Position numbers and translations under genes: made by a program. Positions 1 to 11,049 of a DNA stretch of 64,000 nucleotides are shown one piece after another. The DNA is from Octopus vulgaris (lineage: Eukaryota). Every line of letters begins with the position of its first letter. Position 1 is the first letter of the stretch. The notes beneath the pieces are model-generated. The model ran no database searches. It was given only the letters and a program-made list of their open reading frames with translations, and was not told the DNA's origin. The stretch spans positions 3,162,001 to 3,226,000 of the forward strand of contig OX597834.1 of the NCBI GenBank assembly GCA_951406725.2, written 5' to 3'.

Positions 1-290
1 ATTGAAACCTTTATCGTTAGATCGTGAGTGCAACACCCTAACAACTATGCCATGCACCCTCAGATTTAATAATGTTTTAATAATAATAATAATCCTTTCT
101 ACTATAAGCACAAGGCCTGAGATTTTAGGGGAGGAGGTAAGTCAACCCCAGTGTGCAACTGGTACTTAATTTAGTGATCCTGAAAGGATGAAAGGCAAAA
201 TCAACCTTGACAGAATTCATCTCAGAATGTAAAGAAGGACAAAATACTGCTAAGCATTTTGCCCAGTGTGCAATCCTTCAGGTCACCACC

Positions 291-328
<38 letters not shown>

Positions 329-411
329 TATGATAATGATAATAATAATAATGATGATGATGATGATGATGATACTTATAATAATAATGTTCTTCTGCTT
401 GTGTATTTCAG

Positions 412-610
412 AGAGCAGCGGCTCCAAGATACTTCAAGGTGTGCCTTTTGCCATTAAGGACAACTTTAGTACAGAAGGTGTACGTACAACATGTGCCTCA
501 GCAATGTTGCACAATTATGTGCCACCCTACAATGCCACAGTTGTAGAGAAATTACTGCAACAAGGTGCCACCATAATTGGCAAGACAAACATGGATGAGT
601 TTGCCATGGG
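412..610 (+). CDS. QRSL1: QRSL1 coding exon A (catalytic Lys; ...[21 protein letters not shown]...[11 protein letters not shown])
   Basis: Acceptor tttcag|411 and donor gg|gtaagt at 611; GatA motifs KDN and [11 protein letters not shown]. Confidence 0.95.
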
Positions 611-1421
611 GTAAGTAGTGTTATTGCAATGCTGATAATGATGATTTCCAAGAACCAGAACCAATACCACAAGGTATCTAGTCCCACTAACCTACCACCC
701 TTGATTGCTACTGTTCTTCTAACTCTTGAAAGGACGTAAAGCTAAGTTGACCTCAGTGGGACTTGAGTTCAAAGTGCAACATGTTGGCACAAACACCATA
801 AGGCATTCTCATTGGGTCCAACAATCCCACTTAGCCTCTCAGGCCAACAAAAGCCTTGTGAGTGGATTCGGTGGACAGAAGCTGGAAAAAGTCTGCTGCA
901 GGACATCATCATTTAATGTCCACTTTCCATGCTGGCATCGGTGAGATGCGGTTGTGTATATGTGTGAATGTCTGTGTGTATTTATGTGTGTATCCTTGTC
1001 TCAACATCATGGGATGGTTGTAAACGAACATCACCATCAAACAGTCGGGTTTGTTTGTTTCTAGTCTTCAATGAAAAACATGTCTGACCACAGGAAGATA
1101 CTTTGCCAGGAAACGGGGAAGGGTTGATGACAGGGCAGGCATCCAGCTGTGGAAAATCTGCCTCAACAAATTCTGTCCATCCCATTCCAGCACAGAAAAG
1201 TGGATTTTATATGATGATGATCCCTGTTAACACTTTAATTAAACTCTGATGCTCCACTGCCTCAGTTGTGTAATTCCATAGATCTATGATCTAAAGGTAC
1301 AACAAGTCCCAAAGATCAAACCTAGAAAATTTGTGTTTTGTCTTTCAGTTTTGTTTGATTTTCTTCTTGAAATCTTGTTTCTTTCTTATTTTATTACCAA
1401 AAGGAATATTTCTACTTTCAG

Positions 1422-1739
1422 CGCCGGCAGCATTGACGGCCACTTTGGACCCGTGAAGAACCCTTGGAACTATCCATTTCCCTGCTCCACCCCCAAACAT
1501 TCGACTGGTCCGAAAGGAAATTTAGAGAGTAACAATGATAAACCTATCCAACCTACCATCTCAGGAAATGAGGTAAGGGACAGCTCGACCCCCCCTCAGA
1601 GGCCATGGGACCAACAGACAGACAACTTGTTAAGCCATGAAAGGAGACACGAACAGTGGTTGGACGATGAGGATTGGTTCATTACTGGAGGAAGTTCTGG
1701 TGGGAGCGCTGTCGCAGTGGCTTCAGGAATTGCATTTGG
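1422..1739 (+). CDS. QRSL1: QRSL1 coding exon B (AGSIDGHFGPVKNPW...WFITGGSSGGSAVAVASGIAF)
   Basis: Acceptor tttcag and donor gg|gtaag; amidase signature GGSSGGS. Confidence 0.95.
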
Positions 1740-1872
1740 GTAAGATGTCTAGTTTCTCACATTTTATTATATTCTTAAGAGGTCAAGGTCAGGTCAAGTC
1801 AAGGTCAGCATCACAAGGTCAATTACTATACAAACACATTATACATTCGTTCTGTTTGTTCTTGTTATTATT

Positions 1873-2225
1873 GCTTAGCCCCAAGTCAATTACTGATAAA
1901 GCTGATATATGATCAGAGGTTTCCATCTGTGACCATCTCATCTTTTATTCAGGCATTGTATATCTAGGACTGCATGAAATGATATGCGCTTCTTTGATGT
2001 AGTTGCTAAATCCCAGGTCAGTTTTGATCCAGCTGTTACTTACAATCAAAGATTTCCAACCTGGACCATCCCATCTGTTATTGAGACATAGTGTCTCTAG
2101 GACTACATTATCTAATGTGTCCTTGTTATTCAATCCCAAATCAATCCTCATCCAACAGACCAGTGATAAATGATAAACCCCAGCTGGGGCTGTTCTATCC
2201 TTTGTTATGTGTCTAGAATTACAGG
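1873..2225 (+). repeat. Tandem array of a roughly 120-bp interspersed repeat unit (ttagccccaggtca...gaccatc...tctaggactacattatctaatg)
   Basis: About three degenerate units. The same unit recurs at 9050-9520 (about five units), near 16420-16550 and near 20750-20830. Confidence 0.6.
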
Positions 2226-2419
2226 TGTGTGTGTTGCATATATATATATACATACATATATATATATATATATATATTATATATTTGTGTGTGTGTATGT
2301 ATATGTATGTGTGTATATTTGTGTGTGTGTATGTATATGTATGTGTGTATATTTGTGTGTGTGTATGTATATGTATGTGTGTATATGTGTGTGTGTTTAT
2401 ATATAGAAAATAAAGTTAT

Positions 2420-3300
2420 TTTATTCCACACAGGTAGAAATATAGGAAAAATAGAAGTTGAAAATACCCTGAGAATAGTTAAAATAATTTTTATTAAAAT
2501 ATTTAAAGCTTTAACCAGTTTCACAGTTTCCACTGATTTTCAAAAATTTGAAATAGAAAGACGTGGCTTAAGTCACAGCTGTTTTGCTTCTGACTAGGGT
2601 TTGACGTTTGCCTTGTTTTTATAGGTGAGGGTCATGGCTGAAATTAGTAAATGTTTTGCATAGGGTTTGATTAGTGGAGGATGGTCACATGACTGGTCTT
2701 AGAAATTTTTGTAGGTTCCCCACTATGTCCGTCTGTTAGTATCAAGTGATAATGTTTAACATCATAAGTTACGACTGACACGGTTGACTGAACAAGCCTA
2801 GTGCTAGCCCCAAACAATCAATGCCCTGAATGTTTTCTGTCCTGTGTTGGTAGAGAATGAACACAGGATTAAGCTTAGAACCTTCCCTATTTCCATGTAT
2901 TAGTGTCACGTGACATGTATTTTGCACCTAAAATGGAGGCCGACATGGTTGAGTAAACATGTTTAGTTACAATCATGGCTCTCCAAATTCAATCTGTCCA
3001 GTGGCAGAGTGGACAGGAGTCCCGTGGCTAAAGTTTAGGTTGTTAGCTGTGTAGGTTCCCCATGTGAGGAATTTTTTGAGAGATTTTGATTGTCTTTTGT
3101 TTTTCATTATTTTGCGTATTTCAAATGCTTGTTTCATTCTTGGGTCTTGTCTTAGTAGCGGGATGTTCTGGTGGATAATATTGTAAACCTTTGTATTTCT
3201 TGGGTTGTGTTTTGTAATAAAGGGTGGATTATTGGATGTACATGTTTCAGCTTTATTAAACCTTCACAGCAGCACATATTCTACTTATTTGAGAAAACTA
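2420..3300 (-). mobile_element. Penelope-like element remnant (RT-linker region plus 3' region with hammerhead-like motif)
   Basis: Minus-strand translation [10 protein letters not shown]...[15 protein letters not shown]...KRQSKSLKKFLT resembles the PLE RT-to-GIY-YIG linker. The element abuts a (TA/TG)n tract. Confidence 0.6.
2510..2546 (-). ncRNA. Minimal type I hammerhead-like motif, U3-A8 core variant
   Basis: UUU UUGAAAA U CAGU GGAA ACUG U GAAA CUGG UU AAA. Confidence 0.5.
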
Positions 3301-3343
3301 TTTTTCTCTTTCTCATTTTCTCTTCCTTTCTTCATTACGCCAG

Positions 3344-3519
3344 GGCCCTAGGATCAGATACTGCAGGGTCAACTAGAAACCCTGCTGCATATTGTGGCAT
3401 TGTTGGTCTGAAGCCAACCTATGGCAGTTTATCAAGATATGGGCTGATCCCTCTCGTCAACTCCCTTGATGTTCCTGGTATCCTGGCTAAAACAGTAGAT
3501 GATGCTGCCTTAATATTCA
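3344..3519 (+). CDS. QRSL1: QRSL1 coding exon C ([27 protein letters not shown]...DDAALIF)
   Basis: Polypyrimidine tract with cag acceptor, a|gtgagt donor; nucleophile Ser motif. Confidence 0.96.
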
Positions 3520-3529
3520 GTGAGTAGCA

Positions 3530-3597
<68 letters not shown>

Positions 3598-4002
3598 TGT
3601 ATATATGGAGGTAGGTTGGTAAGTGTGAGTGTTTATATGTACATACATACCTATGTATATATGTGTCTGTATTCACATATGTATTCATACATATATGTAT
3701 GTGTGTGTTTCAATGTATATTTATGTATACATGCATATATGTGTGCGTATGTATGCATGTGTGTATGTCTACATGTGTGTTTCAGAGTAGATGGAACATG
3801 TGGAAGTGAGAGACCCAGGAAGTCATAGGATGAAGTGCTAAAGAACGACCTCAGGTCACTGAGCCTTTTGGGCAAGATGACAAAGGACCGGGATGCCTGG
3901 TGCCTTGTTGTACTGAAGAAGGCCCATACCCTGCAGCAGAAGTGTTAAGACCGGTCCTTCTGGTAGTGTAAAGCATTCGTTGCAGTGCCATGTAAAAGTG
4001 CC

Positions 4003-4340
4003 CATGTGGTGCCTCATAAAAGCACTCATGGTTGTGCCCCCATGTGGTGCCATGTAGCAGCACCCATGTGGTTCCATGTAGCAGCACCTATGTGGTGCCT
4101 CATAAAAGCACTCATGGTTGTGCCCCCATGTGGTGTCATGTAGCAGCACCCATGTGGTTCCATGTAGCAGCACCCATGTGGTGCCTCATAAAAGCACTCA
4201 TGGTTGTGCCCCCATGTGGTGCCATGTAGCAGCACCCATGTGGTGCCATGTAGCAGCACCCATGTGGTGCCTCATAAAAGCACTCATGGTTGTGCCCCCA
4301 TGTGGTGCCATGTAGCAGCACCCATGTGGTGCCACATAAA
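4003..4340. repeat. 86-bp minisatellite, about 4 copies (built from ~21-bp ccatgtggtgccatgtagcagcac subunits)
   Basis: gcctcataaaagcactc recurs at 4011, 4097, 4183 and 4269. Confidence 0.9.
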
Positions 4341-4494
4341 AGTGCCTGTGCAGTGCCATGTAAAAACACACAGTCCACTCGGTAAAGTGGTTGGCATTAG
4401 GAAGGGCATCCAGCCGTAGAAACCTTACCAAATCAGGCTGGAATCTGGTGCAGCTCCCCCAGCTCTGCTCAAACTGCCCAACCCATTTGGAAGA

Positions 4495-4782
4495 GCATCC
4501 AGCTGTAAAAATCATGCCAAAACTGACCTTGCCTGTGCTAGTGCCATGTAAAAAGTCCACTCTGCTGAGGGGTTGGTGTTAGGAAGGGCATCCAGCTGTA
4601 AAAATCATGCCAAAACTGACCTTGCCTGTGCTAGTGCCATGTAGAAAGTGCACTCTGCTGAGGGGTTGGTGTTAGGAAGGGCATCCAGCTGTAAAAATCA
4701 TGCCAAAACTGACCTTGCCTGTGCTAGTGCCATGTAGAAAGTCCACTCTGCTGAGGGGTTGGTGTTAGGAAGGGCATCCAGC
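4495..4782. repeat. 93-bp tandem repeat, 3 copies, derived from the RTE-tail SINE
   Basis: gcatccagc recurs at 4495, 4588, 4681 and 4774. Confidence 0.9.
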
Positions 4783-4924
4783 CATAAAAAACCCTGCCAA
4801 AACAGACACAGTAACCTGGGGTAGTCTTCTACCCATCCAACCCTTGCATGCACGGAAGACAGACATTAGACGATGATGATGATCACGATCATGATGGTGA
4901 TGATGTACATGTGTGTATGTATAC

Positions 4925-5119
4925 TCTTCTTACTCTTTTACTTGTTTCAGTCATTTGACTGCGGCCATGCTGGAGCACCACCTTTAGTCGAGCAAATCGA
5001 CCCCGGGACTTATTCTTTGTAAGCCTAATACTTATTCTATCGGTTTCTTTTGCTGAACTGCTAAGTTACAGGGACGTAAACACACCTGTATCAGTTGTCA
5101 AGCGATGTTGGGGAGACAA

Positions 5120-5150
<31 letters not shown>

Positions 5151-5321
5151 CATATATATGACAGGCTTCTTTCAGTTTCCGTCTACCAAATCCACTCACA
5201 AGTCTTTGGTCAGCCCAAGGCTATAGTAGAAGACACTTGCCCAAGGTGCCACTCAGTGCGACTGAACCCGGAACCATGTGGTTGGGAAGCAAGCTACTTA
5301 ACACACAGCCACTCCTGTGCA
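4925..5321 (-). mobile_element. tRNA-derived SINE with CORE-like segment (octopus OR-type-like)
   Basis: A/B-box head tggctgtgtg..gggttcagtc and gcaccttgggcaagtgtcttc; many copies in the window. Confidence 0.85.
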
Positions 5322-5443
5322 CACATTAATCCCCCAACTATCGCAGGTGTTATGTTCCAAAACCTCCCACGATAGGTGAAAATCTGTGAAATAGAAATAG
5401 TACTGTACTGTATTTTTTAAAAATTATTTTTATAGTTTCTTTG

Positions 5444-5682
5444 CAGCGTGGAAGGTGTTTGTAAGCCATTTAAGAAACACACAAAAGCCGTTCGATTCAC
5501 TTCAACATTTAAGTTTAATTTGTCAAAATATTTTCGGCGCTTTAAGACCACGACCTGTTCACTGACAAAAATCCGTGCTGCATCTGAGCATCTCAGACCT
5601 TACAAACACCTTCCACGCTGCAATTGTTTTCGTTTCAGCACACGACCTCAGATCAAATCACTTGCTATGCAAGTACATCTCC
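5444..5682 (-). mobile_element. 239-bp non-coding insertion with 13-bp TSD, a 25-bp inverted repeat and an internal hammerhead-like motif
   Basis: TSD tatagtttctttg at 5431-5443 and 5683-5695; perfect inverted repeat at 5441-5465 and 5599-5623. Confidence 0.8.
5519..5569 (-). ncRNA. Minimal type I hammerhead-like motif, G3-C8 core variant
   Basis: UUUGUCA GUGAACA GGUCGUGGUCUUAAAGCGCC GAAA AUAU UU UGACAAA, with a perfect 7-bp stem I. Confidence 0.6.
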
Positions 5683-5864
5683 TATAGTTTCTTTGTATTT
5701 ATTTTATTATAAATGCAAAACAACACCACAGAGGAAATAATATACAGCAATATGGCGAGAGATTATTGTATATACACACACACACACATACATATATGCA
5801 TACATACAGTCATAGTGACATCATACACACGCATGTAGATGTACACACATACACACACAGATAT

Positions 5865-7005
5865 ATTTGGTTAGAAAGTAATTCCTGTTGCATTTCAAGA
5901 TTGCAAAGGTACAAATGTTTCTTCAGTCTTAATTAACATATTTAAACAAGATAATATTTCCCCTCGTTATTGCAAAGAAACAGGTGCAGGCATGGCTGTG
6001 TGGTAAGAAGCTTGCTTCCTCACCACATGGTTCCAGGTTCAGTCTCCCTGAGTGGCACCTTAGGTAAGTGTCATTTACTGTAGCCTTGGGTCGACCAAAG
6101 CCTTGTCAGTGGATTTGGTAGATGGAAACTGAAAGAAGCCTGTCATATATATATATATGTATGTATATTAATGTGTTTGTGTTTGTCCCCCCACCACCAC
6201 TACTTGACAACTGGTGTTGGTGTGTTTACATCCCTGTAACTTAGCAGTTCAGCCAAAGAGACAGATGGAACAAGTACCAGGATTATAAAAAATAAGTCCT
6301 GGTATTGATTTGTTTGACTAAAACCCCTCAAGGTGGTGCTCCAGCTTGGCTCTGATCAAATGACTGAAACAAGTAAAGGAATGAAAGAATAAAGATAATC
6401 CCATCTATTTGGCAAAATGCTGATTCCTTTGGGTGAAGTTCTTCAGGTTTCCAACCGAAGAAACACTCAATATCCATTTTTAACCTCTTCACAATTGATA
6501 AACCATTTTCTGTCCAAATAAATTTGCAGGAATCTGAGAAAAGATGTCAGTGAAATGGAGCGAGGCCAGGAGAATAAGGAAATTGAGGCAAAACTCCCAT
6601 ATTTAGTGCCATAACCGCTTCCGGAGTGATTCGGACAGTATATTTCCTGGCATTGGCATGCAAGAGCACCACCACTTCATACCTGACCAATGAGGGAGGC
6701 TTTTTCTGCAAATTTTTGTACAATGCTTCCGGTTGATGAAAATATTTTTCAGCTTTAAATGTTTCTTTTTCATTTAAGACTTCTTGATCAACAAAGACCT
6801 TCAGATCCCAGCAAACACAGAGCATAAGATTTCCAAGAGTAGTCTTGGTCGAGAGATTGGTTCTCCTTTTTCATTGGCTGCTGACCATTGTTCTTTTCTC
6901 TCTCCCTGTTTATTTCCTCGTGTTCTCTTCTGTCGAAGAGCATAGGCTCGAAACGTAAAAGACTTTCTCATCAATAATGCAACAGGACTTTCTTTCCAAC
7001 TTAAT
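5865..7005 (-). mobile_element. Deleted mariner fossil with a nested SINE (5983-6393) and a nested HHR-bearing fragment (about 6840-6975)
   Basis: TIR-like ends (ttggttagaaagtaattcctgttgcatt / aatgcaacaggactttctttccaac); remnant motifs LLHANAR and PYSPGLAP. Confidence 0.7.
6925..6962 (+). ncRNA. Degenerate hammerhead-like motif (A6U core)
   Basis: CUGUCGA A GAGC AUAG GCUC GAAA CG UA AAAGA. The same family occurs at 31610-31645 and partially near 8435. Confidence 0.4.
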
Positions 7006-7087
7006 CTACATACATGTATATGTATATGCGTGTATGTCTGTCTGTCTATATGTATACATGTACACCATCCAGTCATATATTTTTCAG

Positions 7088-7200
7088 ATATTTTGAGAGG
7101 TCATGACATCAAAGACTCCACTACAGTGACCAATAAATTCCAGCCACTCTCCATTGATGACCATCCCTCAATGGCTGGTATAACAGTGGGCATTCCTAAG
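7088..7200 (+). CDS. QRSL1: QRSL1 coding exon D (ILRGHDIKDSTT...ITVGIPK)
   Basis: ttttcag acceptor, aag|gtaaag donor; GHDxxDSTT and GIPKE motifs of GatA. Confidence 0.93.
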
Positions 7201-7321
7201 GTAAAGTACCTTTTCTTTTCTTTTGACATTTTTATGAATTTCTATATCTGGTCAACCCATCTCTTACACAATTTATATATTTGTGTGTGTATATACATAT
7301 ATATATATATGTATATGTTTG

Positions 7322-7374
<53 letters not shown>

Positions 7375-8379
7375 TCAGGTCATTAAGGATGAAATGTCTG
7401 GATTTTCTTATTCACCAAGTTTGTCAGTCGTCAACTCTTAATGTTTTATTCTGACAATTCTTTGTTTTACAACATTGAAGACATGACATCCTCACTTTTC
7501 GAAATGCAATTCATGGTGTCTGATTATATTGTGAGCTTTCTCTTGTAAATCAATTTTTGTGAACCCCTGTAGAGATCAAAAATTCTTGTTGTTCTCTGAG
7601 CACAGAATCATGAAGTTGTCAGAAAGATGGCAAAAGGTCATCGAACAAAATGGAAAATATATAATTGATTAAAGTTCATTCCTTTGCTGTCACAGCATAA
7701 AAGCGAACCATTTTTGCATTGTATTGTTACGTGAGATGAAAAATGGATTCTTTTTTAACAACAGCAAGCATTCTGCACGGAGGTTGGATAGAGACGAAGT
7801 GTCGAAACACAATCCAAAAAAGAATATTCACCAAACAGAGCAAATGGGGTCTGTTTGGGGGTCCAGCACTGGTGTCATCCATTACAGCTTCATGACACCT
7901 GGGAAGTCAATTACAGCGGATGTTATACATCAACCGATTGGATGAAATGATGAGTGAACTTGCAATTAAACAATCGGTCAATAGAGACAGGCCAGTTCTC
8001 TTACAAGACAATGCTTGACCACATGTTGCACAAAGAACACTACTCAAGTTACAGGAACTGAACCTGGAATTCCTCTGTCATCCACCATATTCACCAGACC
8101 TTCCACCAACTGACTCTCACGTTTTCCAGGCATTTGACAACTTTTTGCAAGGGGAAAAAAACTTCAAATCTGAAGAAGATGTAAAAACAGCCTTTCGTGA
8201 TTCCATCTCCTTTTGATCTCCAGAATTCTTCGCTGCTGCCATAAATAAGCTGCCAATAAAATGGCCAAATTGCGTTGATTATTTAGGTGCATTCTTTGAT
8301 TCACTGCATTGCTTTTTGTTGAGATAAAGTAAAATAAACTTTCAGTTCAAAATCGAACATTTCATTCTTAATGACCTGA
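7375..8379 (+). mobile_element. mariner fossil (about 1.0 kb, internally rearranged)
   Basis: TIRs tcaggtcattaaggatgaaatg / catttcattcttaatgacctga followed by TA; remnants DEKWI, LLQDNA and HPPYSPDLPPTD. Confidence 0.85.
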
Positions 8380-8560
8380 TATATATATGTATGTATGTAT
8401 GTGTGTGTGTGTGTGTGTGTGTGTTCGTATATAAGAACGTAGGCTTGAAACGTAAAAGACTTTTTCACTTTCTTGAGCATCAGCTTATTGTTTATACACC
8501 TGTCTTTGTCTTTTGTTTTTCTGTAAATTTCAACTATATATATATATATATATATATACA

Positions 8561-8723
8561 GGCGCAGGAGTGACTGTGGTAAGAAGCTTGCTTTCCAACC
8601 ACATGGTTCTGGGTTCAGTCCCACTGCATGGCACCTTGAGCAAGTGTCCTCTATTATAGCCTCAGACCAACCAAAGCCTTGTCAGTGTATTTGGTAGACA
8701 GAAACTGAAAGAAGCTCATCATG

Positions 8724-8758
<35 letters not shown>

Positions 8759-8965
8759 GTATTTGTGTGTCTGTTTGTCCCCACCCACCATCGCTTGACA
8801 ACCAATGTTGGTATGTTTATAGCTCTGTAACTTAGCAGTTCGGCAAAAGAGACCGACAGAATAAGTACTAGGCTTACAGAGAATAGGTCCTGGGGCCGAT
8901 TCGTTCAACTAAAGGCGGTGCTCCAGCATGGCCGCGGTCAAATGTCTGAAACAAGTATAAGAGTA
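8561..8965 (+). mobile_element. tRNA-derived CORE-like SINE
   Basis: Same family as 4925-5321 and 27198-27617. Confidence 0.85.
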
Positions 8966-9620
8966 TATATCCACACATTTCATTCTGACCTTTTATGGTG
9001 ATGGCAGTGAAAGGGAGTGGGGTGAGGTGGTAGTGGTTATGTATTGTTGTTTAGCCCCAGGTCAGCCTGATCCAGCAGACCTACAACCATCTTGTATTCA
9101 AACATAGTCTATCTAAGACTACATTATCTAATGTGTTGTACCTTGTTGTTGTTGTTGAGCTCCATTACATCCGTGACCCAGAAGCCCTTTGATCAAAGAC
9201 ATTCCAGCTGTGACCATCCTGTCTTTTATAGTGTATTTAGGGCTACATTATCTAATGCGTCTCTCCATGTTGTTTAACCCTAGGTCAGTCTTGATCCAGA
9301 CAGATCTATGATGAAAGACATAGCAGTCATCACCATTCCATCTTTTATTTGGGCATAATGTATCTAGGACAACATTATCTAATTTGTCCTTCCTTGTAGT
9401 TATTTGGCTCCAGGCCAGCCCTAGTTGAGCTGACTTATAATCAAAGATGTTCCAACTGTGACCATCCTGTCTTTTATTCAAACCTTGTATATCTTAAGAT
9501 TCCATCTAATACATTGTGTAATTCCTCATGGCTAGAACCGTTCCTGTTTCCTCCAACATCAATTCTTCATCTGGAATAAATCCCAGTCTGTGACTGAATC
9601 TATTTTAAACATGATCTGGT

Positions 9621-9940
9621 GAGGGCGCGTGGCTTAGTGGTTAGGGCATTCGGCTCATGATCGTAAGGTTGTGAGTTCGATTCCCGGCGACGCGTTGTGT
9701 TCTTGAGCAAGACACTTTATTTCACGTTGCTCCAGTCCACTCAGCTGGCAAAAATGAGTTGTACTTGTATTTCAAAGGGTCAGCCTTGTCACTCTCTGTG
9801 TCACGCTGATTATCCCCGAGAACTACGTTAAGGGTACACGTGTCTGTGGAATGCTCAGCCATTTGCACGTTAATTTCACGAGCAAGCTGTTCCATTGATC
9901 GTATCAGCTGGGACCCTCGTCGTCGTAACCGCCGGAGTCT
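9621..9940 (+). mobile_element. tRNA-derived SINE with V-domain-like body
   Basis: Head ggcgcgtggcttagtggttagg..gagttcgattcc followed by cttgagcaagacacttta..ttgctccagtccactcagctg. Other copies near 35830 and 40535. Confidence 0.8.
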
Positions 9941-10019
9941 TTTAAGAAAACATGATCTGGAAATAAAACAACACTGATAATATTTATCTCTGCTCTATTT
10001 TCAGTTTATATTTTTCTGT

Positions 10020-10997
10020 TTAACCATTTTGGTATCAACCCTGGTTCTTTAATAGCAAACTTCCTATTTTAAAATGATCTTAATTAAAACCCTCAATCAA
10101 AATTTTATGTAAAATCATATTCCAAATTCCAGCTTAATAACGACAAATTTGTTCTCAAGGTTAACTGAAATAAAAGCCATGTATTTCAAAAGAAATATGG
10201 TAACAAAATGGATAAGCTTCACCTGGAACTAAAATCTGCTGAACCCTTTTGATATCAGCCTGACTGAAACCATTCCTGGTTTTAAAATACAAATTTACAA
10301 TTTTAAAGAGATCGAAATTGAAACCTTCCATCAAACTTTCATGTCAAATTATGTTCTAAAACATCAGCTTAACAATGATAAAGTTATCTTACTAAATTCT
10401 TCACTATTTCCAAAATTAATTGAAACAAAAGCATCAGAAATATGGTAAGTAAAGAGTTAAGCAGGAGTTGTTAAGTGGATCCTTCTCTGCTTCCTTACAG
10501 AAAATGGTAAACATTTTGGTTCCCTGACAACTCACACATTTCTTTACCATTTTGATAACGACCGGTCTGAGACTGTCTCTGGTTCTATGATGCAGACTTC
10601 CTGTCTTAAAATGATCTAAATTAACCATTTAGCATTTAAACAAGCCATATCCAACCCAAATATTCTACATGTTTTATGTTCAAACTGGCCAGATCTAGCC
10701 TCTCACACCTACCCTACAATGCCATTCTAAAAATAGACAATCACATCATTGTAATCTCAGAGCTATGAGATTTATGCAGGATTAATTCAAAACAATGGGA
10801 ATAAATAAGCTTTGCATTTCACAGAATAATCTAAATGCTAAAGAGTTAAAACTGTCCAAAGTTTCCTGTTAATTTAGGTTCTAAGCACCAACTTAATAAT
10901 GGACAGAGTTATTCTTTATGAAATTCTTCAATATTTTCAAAATTAATTGAAACAAAACCAGTGCATTTCAACCGAATTATGGTAACGGAAAGATTAG
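10020..10997. mobile_element. Cluster of TTAA-flanked (piggyBac-type) MITEs: three tandem copies plus one nested element at 10621-10848
   Basis: ttaa|cc(a/c)ttt.. and ..aaag(a/g)g|ttaa termini. The nested copy has TIR ccatttagcattt/aaatgctaaagag with a TTAA duplication. Confidence 0.7.
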
Positions 10998-11049
10998 AAT
11001 AAATTCTTAGTAAACTAACCCAAACGTTGGCACTGCTTGTCTTTTGCAG

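Larger units (their letters stand above)
5324..5768. mobile_element. Tigger/pogo-like MITE interrupted by a 239-bp insertion
   Basis: Imperfect TIRs cattaatcccc.. / ..gagagattattg followed by TA. Confidence 0.55.

Noticed and set aside
207-411. N-terminal extension of the first QRSL1 ORF
   Set aside because: This is intronic SINE and (AAT)/(GAT) repeats read in frame. The real exon starts at the acceptor at 411/412.
4003-4782. CRISPR-like regularly spaced repeats
   Set aside because: The inter-repeat sequences are copies of each other, the units derive from a SINE, the context is a eukaryotic intron, and there are no cas genes.
9621-9695. tRNA-like sequences (also near 48610 and 27198)
   Set aside because: They are SINE heads with A/B boxes that run into conserved SINE bodies, and there is no complete cloverleaf.
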